From an uncultured Gammaproteobacteria bacterium (GTDB taxonomy: Bacteria > Patescibacteriota > Patescibacteriia > Magasanikbacterales > GWA2-37-8): 64,000 nucleotides of DNA. Numbering within the stretch: position 1 is the first letter of the stretch; each line of letters starts with the position of its first letter. The stretch is from positions 27,167 to 91,166 of the forward strand of contig CAZWKA010000005.1 of the NCBI GenBank assembly GCA_964634875.1, read 5' to 3'. A model generated the notes under the pieces. It saw only the letters and a program-made list of their open reading frames with translations, had not been told where the DNA came from and ran no database searches. Position numbers and translations under genes: made by a program. This document shows, piece by piece, positions 36,827-45,965 of the stretch.

Positions 36827-36850
36827 GGATGTACGTGGGGAAAAGTGGTG
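36813..36850 (+). promoter_or_regulatory. three GTGG(G/T)G direct repeats on a 10-bp register (putative MraZ operator)
   Basis: GTGGTG at 36815, GTGGGG at 36835, GTGGTG at 36845. Spacings of 20 and 10 bp. They overlap the -10 region and lie downstream of it. Confidence 0.45.
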
Positions 36851-36907
36851 AAGCAGGTTTTAAGGCAATGCTTGTCTTTTAGAACTTCCACCACCTAAAA
36901 AATACTT

Positions 36908-37339
36908 ATGTTTATCGGCGAATATTCCCACTCACTCGACGACAAAGGACGAGTCGCGATTCCGGTTAAGTTCCGTGCCGAACTCAAAAAGGGCGGTGTG
37001 GTTACTCGGGGTCTTGATAACTGTTTGTTTTTTTACACTAAAACAGAGTGGGAAAAACTGGCAGAAAAACTAGCGACACTACCAATCAGCCAGTCTAACA
37101 GCCGAGCTTTTGCTCGTCTGATGCTTGCGGGAGCGATGGATGTAGAGGTCGATAAACAAGGACGCGTGATCATTCCTGAGTACCTGCGTGATTTCGCTGG
37201 TTTCAAGAAGGATGTCGTAATCGCTGGCCTCTATAGCCGACTCGAACTCTGGGATGCTGAAAAATGGTCGGCCTATAAGAAGCAGACTGAAAGTGAAAGT
37301 AGTGTTATCGCAGAGCGGATGGGGGAATTGGGGGTGTAG
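36908..37339 (+). CDS. mraZ: transcriptional regulator MraZ
   Basis: MFIGEYSHSLDDKGRVAIPVKFR... shows duplicated MraZ DXXXR half-domains; 143 aa. Confidence 0.9.
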   Translation: MFIGEYSHSLDDKGRVAIPVKFRAELKKGGVVTRGLDNCLFFYTKTEWEKLAEKLATLPISQSNSRAFARLMLAGAMDVEVDKQGRVIIPEYLRDFAGFKKDVVIAGLYSRLELWDAEKWSAYKKQTESESSVIAERMGELGV

Positions 37340-37366
37340 GAAGGTTAGTCATTAGCCTGTGGTTGT

Positions 37367-38281
37367 ATGAGCCGACATGTACCAGTTTTATTGCAAGAAG
37401 TTCTCGTAACGCTCGAGTTAAAAAAAGGGATGCGTGTTATTGACTGTACGCTCGGTGACGGTGGGCATAGCGAGGCAATTTTAGAAAAGATCGGGCCAAA
37501 TGGCAGACTCCTTGGAATTGATGCTGATACCGAGTCGCTCCTTAGGGCTAAACGGAATTTGTACCGGTTTGAAGCGCAAACGTTGTTTGTCCACAGTAAT
37601 TTTGCTGAGTTAGAAAAAAATATTGCGACCAACAGTTTCGCCCCTGTTGACCGGATCCTGATGGATCTGGGTTGGTCAACGCCACAATTTGCCGAACGGG
37701 GGAGAGGATTTAGTTTCGAAGGCAATGAACCCTTGGATATGCGCTATGGCAGCACCTTTGCCACAGCAAACCAAACAGCGTCAGATATCCTCAATGAAAG
37801 TTCAGCAGAAGAGCTGGTAAATATTTTCAAAAAGTACGGTGAAGAAGCGCTTGCGACAGAAATAGCTTTGGCTATAGTCGAAGAAAGAAAAAATAAACCG
37901 ATTACTGAAACACAGGTATTGGTTGCGCTTATTCTCGAAGTATACCGGACAAAGTTAAGAAGTACGAAAGAGATCCCGTGGATTGGCGGGCTGCATCCGG
38001 CCACAAAGGTTTTCCAGGCTTTACGTATCGCCGTTAATCATGAGCTTGAGGTGTTACAACAAGCATTGCCTCAAGCAATTGCGGCTCTGGCTCCAGGCGG
38101 GCGGTTGGCAGTAATTTCCTTCCACTCTCTTGAAGACAGGATCGTAAAACATTTTTTTCAGAGTTTGCCGGGGCAGCAGTTTAAAATCATTACCAAAAAA
38201 CCAGTGGTGGCAAGTGAAGCCGAAGTGGCTGCTAACCCACCGTCACGAAGTGCTAAACTTCGGGTCATTCAAAAAATTTAG
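37367..38281 (+). CDS. rsmH: 16S rRNA (cytosine1402-N4)-methyltransferase RsmH
   Basis: HVPVLLQEVL...DCTLGDGGHS and the C-terminal SFHSLEDRIVK motif. Confidence 0.9.
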   Translation: MSRHVPVLLQEVLVTLELKKGMRVIDCTLGDGGHSEAILEKIGPNGRLLGIDADTESLLRAKRNLYRFEAQTLFVHSNFAELEKNIATNSFAPVDRILMDLGWSTPQFAERGRGFSFEGNEPLDMRYGSTFATANQTASDILNESSAEELVNIFKKYGEEALATEIALAIVEERKNKPITETQVLVALILEVYRTKLRSTKEIPWIGGLHPATKVFQALRIAVNHELEVLQQALPQAIAALAPGGRLAVISFHSLEDRIVKHFFQSLPGQQFKIITKKPVVASEAEVAANPPSRSAKLRVIQKI

Positions 38282-38303
38282 TTTAGTTTAAACACTAAGG
38301 AGT

Positions 38304-38672
38304 ATGTCCCTTCAACGTCAGTTACGTTCACAATATGGTCAGGTCATTCATTTTTTTAATGCGCTTACCCTTCCAGCCTGGATGACAGGAGGTGGAATGC
38401 GGGCGGGTTTACTCGTTATTTTGATCGTCAGCAGTGTTGCCTACGTGCTTAAAACAAGTTCTTCAGTAGCTTTGGGATACCAAATTAAAGGTCTGGAAAC
38501 GACTATTGAAACATTGGCATTAGAACAACAAAAAATGGCGGTCGAGGTTGCTTCGTACCGTTCAATGGCGAGTATTGAGGCACGCCTGGCTGAATTACAG
38601 ATGGTACCGGTCGCAACGATTAAACATTTAGGTTCCTCTGCGGCAACCGACGTAGTGATTGCAAAGAAATAA
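38304..38672 (+). CDS. FtsL-like cell-division protein (single TM plus coiled coil)
   Basis: Position after rsmH in a dcw-type cluster. TM helix (GLLVILIVSSVAYVL) followed by a short helical domain. Confidence 0.45.
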   Translation: MSLQRQLRSQYGQVIHFFNALTLPAWMTGGGMRAGLLVILIVSSVAYVLKTSSSVALGYQIKGLETTIETLALEQQKMAVEVASYRSMASIEARLAELQMVPVATIKHLGSSAATDVVIAKK

Positions 38673-38757
38673 CGGTTTTGAAATTTTTTACTTCTATGAT
38701 ACTCTAAAATCGCACAAACTTTGTGCGATTTTTGGCAGAAAAAACTTTTGAATTACT

Positions 38758-39804
38758 ATGGCCGCGTATTTTTTTGTTTCGTGTATCCTTTCGGTTGTTT
38801 TAACATTCATTGTTCGAAAGATTGCTTTGCGCCTGGAAATTGTTGATGTGCCCGATGGCCAGCGGCACTTGCACGCTGTGCAAACTCCTCTCCTCGGTGG
38901 TGTGGCAATTTACACTACGTTTTGGTTAGCAGTGGGATATGCGGCACGTTTCACAACGCTCCTCGAGCCCCATATTACCCAGCGGCAATTATGGGGAATT
39001 TTTTTAGCCACAACGATTATTTTGATTGTTGGTGTTATTGATGAGCGGCAGTCGGTGTCGCCGTGGATTCGTTTGTTGGTAACTGCAGCAGCGGTAGTGG
39101 TGGTAATCGGTAGCGGTATTACTCTCGACGGCGTAACTAATCCTTGGGGTGGTATTTTGAGCATAGATTTTTGGAATATCCAAGTGGGTGCCCGCGAGTT
39201 TAGTATTGCCGGTGGAGTGGTAGTTTTTGCTTGGCTGATGGGCATGATGTATACCACCAAGATTTTGGACGGCCTCGACGGTCTATCTGCCGGTATTACC
39301 GGGGTTGGTTTTTTGATGATTTTTTTGTTGACTAAGACCCAGAAATTTTCCCAGCCTGATGTCGGACTGGTCGCCTTGATTGCTCTGGGTGCAATTGTAG
39401 GGTTTTTAGTTTTTAATTTTCATCCGGCAAAAATTTTTTTAGGGGAGAGTGGAAGCCTGTTGATTGGTTTTCTTCTGGGTGTCTTGGCTATTATTTCTGG
39501 AGGGAAGATAGCGACAGCGCTCTTGGTTATGGCGGTACCCATGCTTGATTTGCTTCGGGTTATCTATGTCCGTCTTAATCAGCGCCAACCCCTTTTTAAG
39601 GGTGACCGAGAACATCTCCATTTTCGTTTGCGTGATGCGGGTTTTAGTGAACGGACGACGGTACTGTTTTTATATTTGGTGGCCTTTTTGTTCGGTTTGA
39701 TCACCTTGACGCTCCAAAGCCGCATTAAGCTCGCCGCCCTTGGCTTGCTTGCTTTTGCCATGATTTTAGTGGGGGTCTGGCTTAATAAGCGTAAAAAAAA
39801 ATAG
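38758..39804 (+). CDS. MraY/WecA-family polyprenyl-phosphate N-acetylhexosamine-1-phosphate transferase
   Basis: 10-TM protein with KILDGLDGLSAG, LGESGSLLIGF and HLHFRL motifs characteristic of the family. Its dcw context suggests MraY, but WecA-like cannot be excluded. Confidence 0.7.
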   Translation: MAAYFFVSCILSVVLTFIVRKIALRLEIVDVPDGQRHLHAVQTPLLGGVAIYTTFWLAVGYAARFTTLLEPHITQRQLWGIFLATTIILIVGVIDERQSVSPWIRLLVTAAAVVVVIGSGITLDGVTNPWGGILSIDFWNIQVGAREFSIAGGVVVFAWLMGMMYTTKILDGLDGLSAGITGVGFLMIFLLTKTQKFSQPDVGLVALIALGAIVGFLVFNFHPAKIFLGESGSLLIGFLLGVLAIISGGKIATALLVMAVPMLDLLRVIYVRLNQRQPLFKGDREHLHFRLRDAGFSERTTVLFLYLVAFLFGLITLTLQSRIKLAALGLLAFAMILVGVWLNKRKKK

Positions 39805-39805
39805 T

Positions 39806-40288
39806 ATGTTTGGATTCTCAGAAAAAAAATTCCGCGCTTTTAAACCATGGCACGGTATCTTGGTTGGCGTCATTGCTCTTTTGACTTTAGGGGTATGGCT
39901 GAGATCACTGCACTGGCCCACTGCTTGGATCAGAATTAAGGATCAGGAGTATCGTGTTCTGGTCGCAGATACGCCTAAACACTGGTTTAAGGGTTTGAGT
40001 GACCGTAAGGATCTGACTGGGTATGACGGCATGATCTTTATTTTTCCAGCCCTTGAACAGCACGCCATGGTCATGCGTGATATGCATTTTCCACTCGATA
40101 TTCTCTGGATTCAAGGGGATACGATCGTCGATATGGCGCCCAACCTCGAGCCGGATCTTTCTCAAACTGAAGCTGAACTACGGGTATACCAGGGGCGCTT
40201 GCCTTCAGACAAGGTTTTGGAGCTGCCTGCGGGGTTTATCCAGGAACATGACCTGAGGGTAGGGGATGAAATTGTGGTTGCTCGGTAG
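39806..40288 (+). CDS. DUF192-domain protein
   Basis: Signal-anchor N-terminus; YDGMIFIF...MVMRDMHFPLDILWIQGDTIVDM matches the DUF192 core. Confidence 0.65.
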   Translation: MFGFSEKKFRAFKPWHGILVGVIALLTLGVWLRSLHWPTAWIRIKDQEYRVLVADTPKHWFKGLSDRKDLTGYDGMIFIFPALEQHAMVMRDMHFPLDILWIQGDTIVDMAPNLEPDLSQTEAELRVYQGRLPSDKVLELPAGFIQEHDLRVGDEIVVAR

Positions 40289-40366
40289 GACTTGACGGGA
40301 TCGCGGGTTTTATGTATACTAAGGGCACTTTTACACTTAGCATTGTTATACTTTTAAGCACTCAGT

Positions 40367-40672
40367 ATGCTCGCAGTTATTGCTACCGGTGGAAAACAAT
40401 ATTTGGTTAAGACCGGTGAACTTCTCAAAATTGAAAAATTAGCCCTTAATGAAGGCGATACAGCAACCTTTGAACAGGTTCTTTTGACCGCCGACGATTC
40501 GGGTGAAAATGTCCAAGTTGGCGCACCATACCTTTCTGGTGTCACCGTCAAGGCAAAAGTCTTAAAGCAAGGTAAGAATCGGACTGTACGCGTTGGTAAG
40601 TTTAAGAATAAGACTCGTTACCACAAAGTACATGGCCACCGACAACGCTTTACACAAGTAGAGATCCAATAA
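40367..40672 (+). CDS. rplU: 50S ribosomal protein L21
   Basis: MLAVIATGGKQYLVKTGELL matches the L21 N-terminal consensus; 101 aa. Confidence 0.9.
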   Translation: MLAVIATGGKQYLVKTGELLKIEKLALNEGDTATFEQVLLTADDSGENVQVGAPYLSGVTVKAKVLKQGKNRTVRVGKFKNKTRYHKVHGHRQRFTQVEIQ

Positions 40673-40689
40673 AAATTTTAAAAACTCCT

Positions 40690-40726
40690 CTGACCTGGGT
40701 CAGAGGAGTTTTTTTATCGTGAGTTT
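40690..40726. terminator. bidirectional rho-independent terminator
   Basis: AAAACTCCTCTGACC tg GGTCAGAGGAGTTTTTTT between rplU and the convergent recR. Confidence 0.65.
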
Positions 40727-40729
40727 TTA

Positions 40730-41329
40730 TTACCTTTCAGTTCTCCCTTTAAGCGCATTGCTGAGTGTAATTTCATCTGCGTATTGAAGGTCGCTACCCA
40801 TGGGGAGTCCGCGAGCAAGACGGGTAATGCGGATAGTTGGTTTTAGTTTTTTAATAGCCCGCTCGAGGTACAGGGTGGTTGTTTCACCGGGTAGATTTGG
40901 ATTGAGCGCAAAAATTATTTCTGCAGGAGGTTCGTTTTGAATGCGTTTGAGAAGCTCGGCTATCTTTGTCCTCCCCAAACTCGTATCGTCGCTGGAATCA
41001 AGCAGGCTGCGTAGGATATGATAAACGCCTTTGTATTCGCTGGTATTCTCAATCGCTTGCAAGTCTTGCGGATCCGTAACAACGAGAATTGTTGAGTGGT
41101 CGCGTTTTACATTACTACAAATGCTACAGGGGCTAGTATCGCTAAAATCAAAACATATTTCACAGCTTTTGACGTTTTCGATTAATTCTTTGAGGGCGAG
41201 CATGAGTTCGGTCACATCCTTTTTGCCGGATTTGAGCCAATAAAAAACATACCGTTCGGCAGTGTGCTGGCCGACTGACGGTAATTTTTTAAGTTCGGTA
41301 ATCAGGTTGTTAATGGAAGGGGAGTACAT
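40730..41329 (-). CDS. recR: recombination protein RecR
   Basis: HhH, a C4 zinc finger (CEICFDFSDTSPCSIC) and a Toprim domain; 199 aa. Confidence 0.9.
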   Translation of the reverse strand: MYSPSINNLITELKKLPSVGQHTAERYVFYWLKSGKKDVTELMLALKELIENVKSCEICFDFSDTSPCSICSNVKRDHSTILVVTDPQDLQAIENTSEYKGVYHILRSLLDSSDDTSLGRTKIAELLKRIQNEPPAEIIFALNPNLPGETTTLYLERAIKKLKPTIRITRLARGLPMGSDLQYADEITLSNALKGRTER

Positions 41330-41371
41330 GCGTGAAGCAGTGTAAGTGCTTATTTTGCTTAGAACTTCAAA

Positions 41372-41680
41372 TTACTTTCCCATCCCTGGCAAATCAAAGC
41401 CGCCCATTTCTTGCATCTTGGTTGCGATAGTACGTTGCATTTTTTTGAGGGCATCAGCGTGGGCGTCTTTGATGCCGTTCTGAAGTTTTTCTTTTTGGGC
41501 TGGGTTCAAGAGTTCATCGTCGATCGCGAGAGCAGTGATTTCAAGGTTTCCATTGAGTGAGAGGACTACCTTGTCGCCTGCGGCGCTGGTGGTAATGCTT
41601 TCACCACCCAATGCTTCCTGAAGTTTTTTGCCTTGGTCGCGGAGGTCTTTGAATTCTTTGAGCTTGGAGAACATCGACAT
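41372..41680 (-). CDS. ybaB: nucleoid-associated protein YbaB/EbfC
   Basis: ~100-aa YbaB family protein in the conserved ybaB-recR pairing. Confidence 0.9.
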   Translation of the reverse strand: MSMFSKLKEFKDLRDQGKKLQEALGGESITTSAAGDKVVLSLNGNLEITALAIDDELLNPAQKEKLQNGIKDAHADALKKMQRTIATKMQEMGGFDLPGMGK

Positions 41681-41735
41681 AGTGTATTTAAATTAAGCTT
41701 AAGTTAAAGGATGTTTTTGTTTATTATGTTTTTTT

Positions 41736-41790
41736 CACATAACACGTATCACGTAACACAATCAATATGTTACGTGATACGTGTTATGTG
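41736..41790. repeat. perfect 23-bp inverted repeat, CACATAACACGTATCACGTAACA (9-nt loop) TGTTACGTGATACGTGTTATGTG
   Basis: Checked base by base. Sits between the dnaB stop and the ybaB start. Contains tandem ACGT cores. Confidence 0.7.
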
Positions 41791-41800
41791 CTATGTGTTT

Positions 41801-43249
41801 TTAAAATTCAGGATCGCCACCATCCTGCTTGCGGAAAGCGGACTTTGGTTTAAGTTCCTGGACCATGTTGGATTGTGGTACAAAATTGGTATCAAGGTTC
41901 CGGAAAGAAGCCATTGCATCGACAAAAACCATTTTTACTATCCCAGTCGGGCCATTGCGGTGTTTCGCGATATGGATTTCAGCCAAATTGCGTTCGTCGG
42001 GCGGAATTTCTTCGGGTCGGTAGTTGCGGTCGGCAGATTTGCGGTAAATAAACATGACGATGTCGGCGTCCTGTTCGATAGACCCGGATTCACGGAGGTG
42101 GGATAGCTTAGGGATAGCGGGTTTGCTTTGTTCGACGGTACGCGAAAGCTGGGAGAGGGCGATAACAGGCACATTCAATTCGCGGGCGATACTCTTGAGG
42201 CCGCGGGTAATTTCTGCGACTTCTTGAACACGGTTTTCAATATTACCTCGTGATTGCATGAGTTGTAAGTAGTCGATGACAATGAGTCCGAGGCCATGTT
42301 CGGCTTGGAGACGGCGCGCCTTGGTTCTGATTTGCATGATGTTAACATCAGCTGAGTCGTCAATGAAAATAGGCGCTTCAGAGAGAGTACCGATGGCGTG
42401 ACCGATGCGCGGAAAGTCGTCGTCTTCTGGCCTGTCGGACAAGCGTCCCGTGCGTAGTTTCCACAGGTCAATATTCGCTTCGGAACAAAGCATTTTATCT
42501 ACCATCTGTTCCTTGCTCATTTCGAGTGAAAATAGGCCGACTGGTACTTTTTGGCGCGTGCCAATATACCGGACGATATCAAGCGCCAGCGAAGATTTTC
42601 CCACACTCGGACGGGCGGCGATAATAATAAGGTCGGATTTTTGAAGGCCAGCCATGAGATTATCAAGTCCGGTAAAACCAGTCGGTACACCGCGTAATTG
42701 TCCTTTGTTTTTATGCAATTCGTCAATACGGTCAAAAGCGTCGGCGAGAACGCCGCGGATAGGAGTAAAGGCTTGTTTAAAATAAATCTGAGAAACACCA
42801 AACAGATGCTGCTGCGCCTGATCAAGGATTTGTTCGATATCTTCTTGATCTTCCTGGAAGGACAGGCGGGTAATCTCTTGTGAAGCCGCCAAGAGTCGCC
42901 GTCTGGTCGCTTTGCGGTGGATAATATGGGCGTAGTGTACGATGTTCGAAGCGGTCGGCACGGCGTTGGTAAGCGCCGCTAAGTAGCTACGCCCCCCGAC
43001 GCGTTCAAGTTCGCCTTTTTCTTCGAGTCGGTTGCTGAGCGTCAAGAGGTCGAGCGGCTCATTTTTATCGTAGAGTTCAAGGATGGATTCAAAAATCCGG
43101 CTGTGCGCATCTTTATAAAAATCCTCCGCCCGTACAATATCAGCAATTTTAAGCATTGCTTCTTTGTCAATCAAAATAGAGCCGAGGAGCGACATTTCAG
43201 CTTCCAGGCTCTGTGGTGGTATGCGGTCAACATTTTCACTCGATGACAT
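41801..43249 (-). CDS. dnaB: replicative DNA helicase DnaB
   Basis: N-terminal DnaB domain; Walker A RPSVGKSS; RecA-like C-terminal domain; 482 aa. Confidence 0.95.
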   Translation of the reverse strand: MSSSENVDRIPPQSLEAEMSLLGSILIDKEAMLKIADIVRAEDFYKDAHSRIFESILELYDKNEPLDLLTLSNRLEEKGELERVGGRSYLAALTNAVPTASNIVHYAHIIHRKATRRRLLAASQEITRLSFQEDQEDIEQILDQAQQHLFGVSQIYFKQAFTPIRGVLADAFDRIDELHKNKGQLRGVPTGFTGLDNLMAGLQKSDLIIIAARPSVGKSSLALDIVRYIGTRQKVPVGLFSLEMSKEQMVDKMLCSEANIDLWKLRTGRLSDRPEDDDFPRIGHAIGTLSEAPIFIDDSADVNIMQIRTKARRLQAEHGLGLIVIDYLQLMQSRGNIENRVQEVAEITRGLKSIARELNVPVIALSQLSRTVEQSKPAIPKLSHLRESGSIEQDADIVMFIYRKSADRNYRPEEIPPDERNLAEIHIAKHRNGPTGIVKMVFVDAMASFRNLDTNFVPQSNMVQELKPKSAFRKQDGGDPEF

Positions 43250-43376
43250 ATGAACGATAAAAGAAGTGTCCGTATGGTAGCCTACTTAGGGCCTTAGGGG
43301 CAAGGCCGGGGTGGGGAAGGAATGGGGGTAAGTCGGTGGATAGCTAAGCAATAAAGGTGGTATACTCGATTATACT

Positions 43377-45536
43377 ATGCAAAAACTTTATTTTTTACTC
43401 CTTTGCCTCTTGCTTGCGGCGCTCGGTGCCAATAGCATTTGGTGGCAAAGTTGGGCTGTGGGCGCGCTGGGACTTGTTTTTTACTTTTGGTTGACTGCCC
43501 GGCCTGCTGGCAGGTGGTTGCAGCATTTTTTTTGTTATACAGAGAATATCCCGCAGCGTTTTTGGGGGGTGTTTGGAAGTTTTTTATTAGTGAGCAGCTT
43601 GTCCGGAGGATTAGTTGTGACCGGTTTTTTTTCAAGTTCAGCGGTGATCGTTGTTTTAGCTCTTAATGCTTGTTTTTGGCCGTTAGTGTGTCGAATGCTC
43701 CCAATCAAAAAAAATGAAATTGAGTTTTATGCTGCTCAGGAAAAATTTTTTATACATGCAAAATTAAGCTGGGGACTTGGTTTGGCATATGCTGTTTTGG
43801 TGCTGCTAGGGCTGGGACTGCTGCTTAGTTCCCGTTCTTCCGGTGTGATTAGTGCGCCCTGGCAAGTAATTCATCCGATTTTTATCTATGTTTTTGCGGC
43901 AGCAACCTTTATTTTGGGGCTACTTATTTTTTCCCGGCTAGGAAGTCGTTTGCTTTTAGTTTTGTTCATGGTGCATGGGCTCCTCATGCATAGCTACCTG
44001 CCGTTGACGCATACGCTCTTGTATGGCGCAGATAGCTGGCGACACCTCGCGACAGAAGAGCGCTTAGTCAGAGGCGAGGGCACCTTTAAGCCGGAAATTA
44101 GCGACACGGTAAGTGCACCTAACCAAGATATTGATTTAGGGCTCGTTTCGTATAGCCAGTTGTGGGGGATAACAAGTGTTTTAGCTGGTTTAACGGGAGC
44201 GTCGCTTTTGTGGCTCAATCAGTGGCTTGTGCCAATCCTGTGGGCATTGGTACTACCACTTCTCCTCTATGAGTTTGCCTGCACGCTTCGTTGGAGCCGG
44301 GAGCTTACCTTTGGGCTTATTTTCTTAAGTTTTTTGCCGTTTGCCTTAACGAGCGCTGGTTCGTTTACTTTGCCGGTTAGTTTTGGTTTTTTAAGTTGGC
44401 TTTTTTTTATTCTGCTGCTTGTTAAGCGCCTGGTGAAACCTGAGACCGGTCAACGAATTGTGCTCGGATTTTTATGTATTCAGTTATGCGGTGGGTATGC
44501 ACTCTATGCGCTTTTGGCCGTTATCTTTTTTATCGTGGCAGAATTATTTTTGCAGCTTCAGAATAAAGCGCAACGACATTTTAACGGATTTTTTGCGGTA
44601 ATAGTTGGATTGAGTATTGTTGGAATCACTGTGTTCATTCCGCTGTTAGAATATTTTGCCGGCTATAACACGCTTGTGCCAACTACTCTATGGTTTGGCC
44701 AGCTGAAGCAGTTCGTGGGTAATTTTACAGCTGCGTATGTGGCTGCCGGTCCTCGTCCACACGATATTGCCACAGGTAATATTATTTTTAACCAAGTTCC
44801 GTTGGCTAGTTTTGTGACCAACCTTTTTACCTGGACACGCTGGCCGCTGGTTGGGTTTATGCTGGCATGGTGGGGTTTATGTATTCGTGGCTGGTATTAT
44901 TTGTTGCAGCAGCGAGGGGCGGTATCGCATTGGTTCGCTGTGGTGAGTGGTGGAGTGTTCGGTGCTTATGTCCTGGGGCGTTATTTTTTTCAGGGTGAGC
45001 AAGTGCTAACGCGTCGGCTTGAAGTGGTTGTGGCTTTAGCGGCTATTTTTTTAGTGTGCAGCGCAGTTCTTGGTTTGTCGGATCGGTATAAGTTGCGCTA
45101 TAGTAAAAATTGGCTGTTGGTTGTGTTGGGGGTGGTTAGCCTGGCCACGAGTGCTTCGTTCACGCTTGGACCAGATACGCTGACGGTTAGTAATGATCAA
45201 TACCAGGCCATGAAATGGGTACATGAGCGAGTTGGGCAAAATCAGGCGAAGTGTGTGCTTGCCGAGACGTTTCCGCTCCTAGCGCTCGAAGCCCTCAGCC
45301 GTAAGGAAATTATTGGAGGAGGTTTTCCAATCTCGCATGATTTTGAGCAGCCGGAACAGCAAAAGTTGTATACCCGATTAGCCGCCGACCCGCTTGATAA
45401 CGTGGCAGTCGGTGAAGCATTGCAGCTAACGGATGCCGAACACTGTTTCTTGGTTGCGCCGCTGAATGAGGAGGTGGTCGCTGTAGAGCCGGCTGCAAAG
45501 TTTGGCACTGTGGCGGTTTGGGAATACGGTAAATAA
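43377..45536 (+). CDS. large polytopic membrane protein (at least 12 TM) with a ~190-aa C-terminal soluble domain; possible GT-C-type glycosyltransferase
   Basis: Highly hydrophobic N-terminal 520 aa; a loop with YGADSWRH near residue 220. Family not recognised. Preceded by a TATACT -10 and a G-rich tract. Confidence 0.5.
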   Translation: MQKLYFLLLCLLLAALGANSIWWQSWAVGALGLVFYFWLTARPAGRWLQHFFCYTENIPQRFWGVFGSFLLVSSLSGGLVVTGFFSSSAVIVVLALNACFWPLVCRMLPIKKNEIEFYAAQEKFFIHAKLSWGLGLAYAVLVLLGLGLLLSSRSSGVISAPWQVIHPIFIYVFAAATFILGLLIFSRLGSRLLLVLFMVHGLLMHSYLPLTHTLLYGADSWRHLATEERLVRGEGTFKPEISDTVSAPNQDIDLGLVSYSQLWGITSVLAGLTGASLLWLNQWLVPILWALVLPLLLYEFACTLRWSRELTFGLIFLSFLPFALTSAGSFTLPVSFGFLSWLFFILLLVKRLVKPETGQRIVLGFLCIQLCGGYALYALLAVIFFIVAELFLQLQNKAQRHFNGFFAVIVGLSIVGITVFIPLLEYFAGYNTLVPTTLWFGQLKQFVGNFTAAYVAAGPRPHDIATGNIIFNQVPLASFVTNLFTWTRWPLVGFMLAWWGLCIRGWYYLLQQRGAVSHWFAVVSGGVFGAYVLGRYFFQGEQVLTRRLEVVVALAAIFLVCSAVLGLSDRYKLRYSKNWLLVVLGVVSLATSASFTLGPDTLTVSNDQYQAMKWVHERVGQNQAKCVLAETFPLLALEALSRKEIIGGGFPISHDFEQPEQQKLYTRLAADPLDNVAVGEALQLTDAEHCFLVAPLNEEVVAVEPAAKFGTVAVWEYGK

Positions 45537-45557
45537 AATAATTTTTTAATATTTTTT

Positions 45558-45965
45558 ATGGACTGCATTTTTTGTAAAATTATTGCTAAAGAAATTCCAA
45601 GCCACCTAGTTTATGAAGATGATTTTGTGGTTGCGTTTTTAGACAAGTTCCCTTGCGCCAAAGGCCATACGGTCGTCATACCTAAGCAGCATTTTGCTTC
45701 ACTGTGGGAAATGAATAGTGAGGATTCAACCCGTATGGGGGCTGCACTATGGACTGTGGCTGGCAGGGTTCAAACAAAACTCAAGCCCGATGGTATGAAT
45801 ATTGGGCTTAATAATGGTAAGGCTGCTGGGCAAGCTGTACCACATTTGCATTGGCATATACTTCCGCGTTACGAGGGGGATGGAGGGGGAAGTATACATT
45901 CAATAGTTAAGAACCCGGGTGAAACAGAGGTGAAGGAGTTGGCAAAACTTTTTAGTACACCCTAA
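45558..45965 (+). CDS. HIT-family nucleotide hydrolase
   Basis: Histidine triad VPHLHWHILPR. Confidence 0.85.
   Translation: MDCIFCKIIAKEIPSHLVYEDDFVVAFLDKFPCAKGHTVVIPKQHFASLWEMNSEDSTRMGAALWTVAGRVQTKLKPDGMNIGLNNGKAAGQAVPHLHWHILPRYEGDGGGSIHSIVKNPGETEVKELAKLFSTP

Noticed and set aside
41711-42106. 131-aa plus-strand ORF spanning the dnaB/ybaB spacer and the dnaB 3' end
   Set aside because: Antisense to dnaB, and begins inside the AT-rich palindromic spacer. No RBS.
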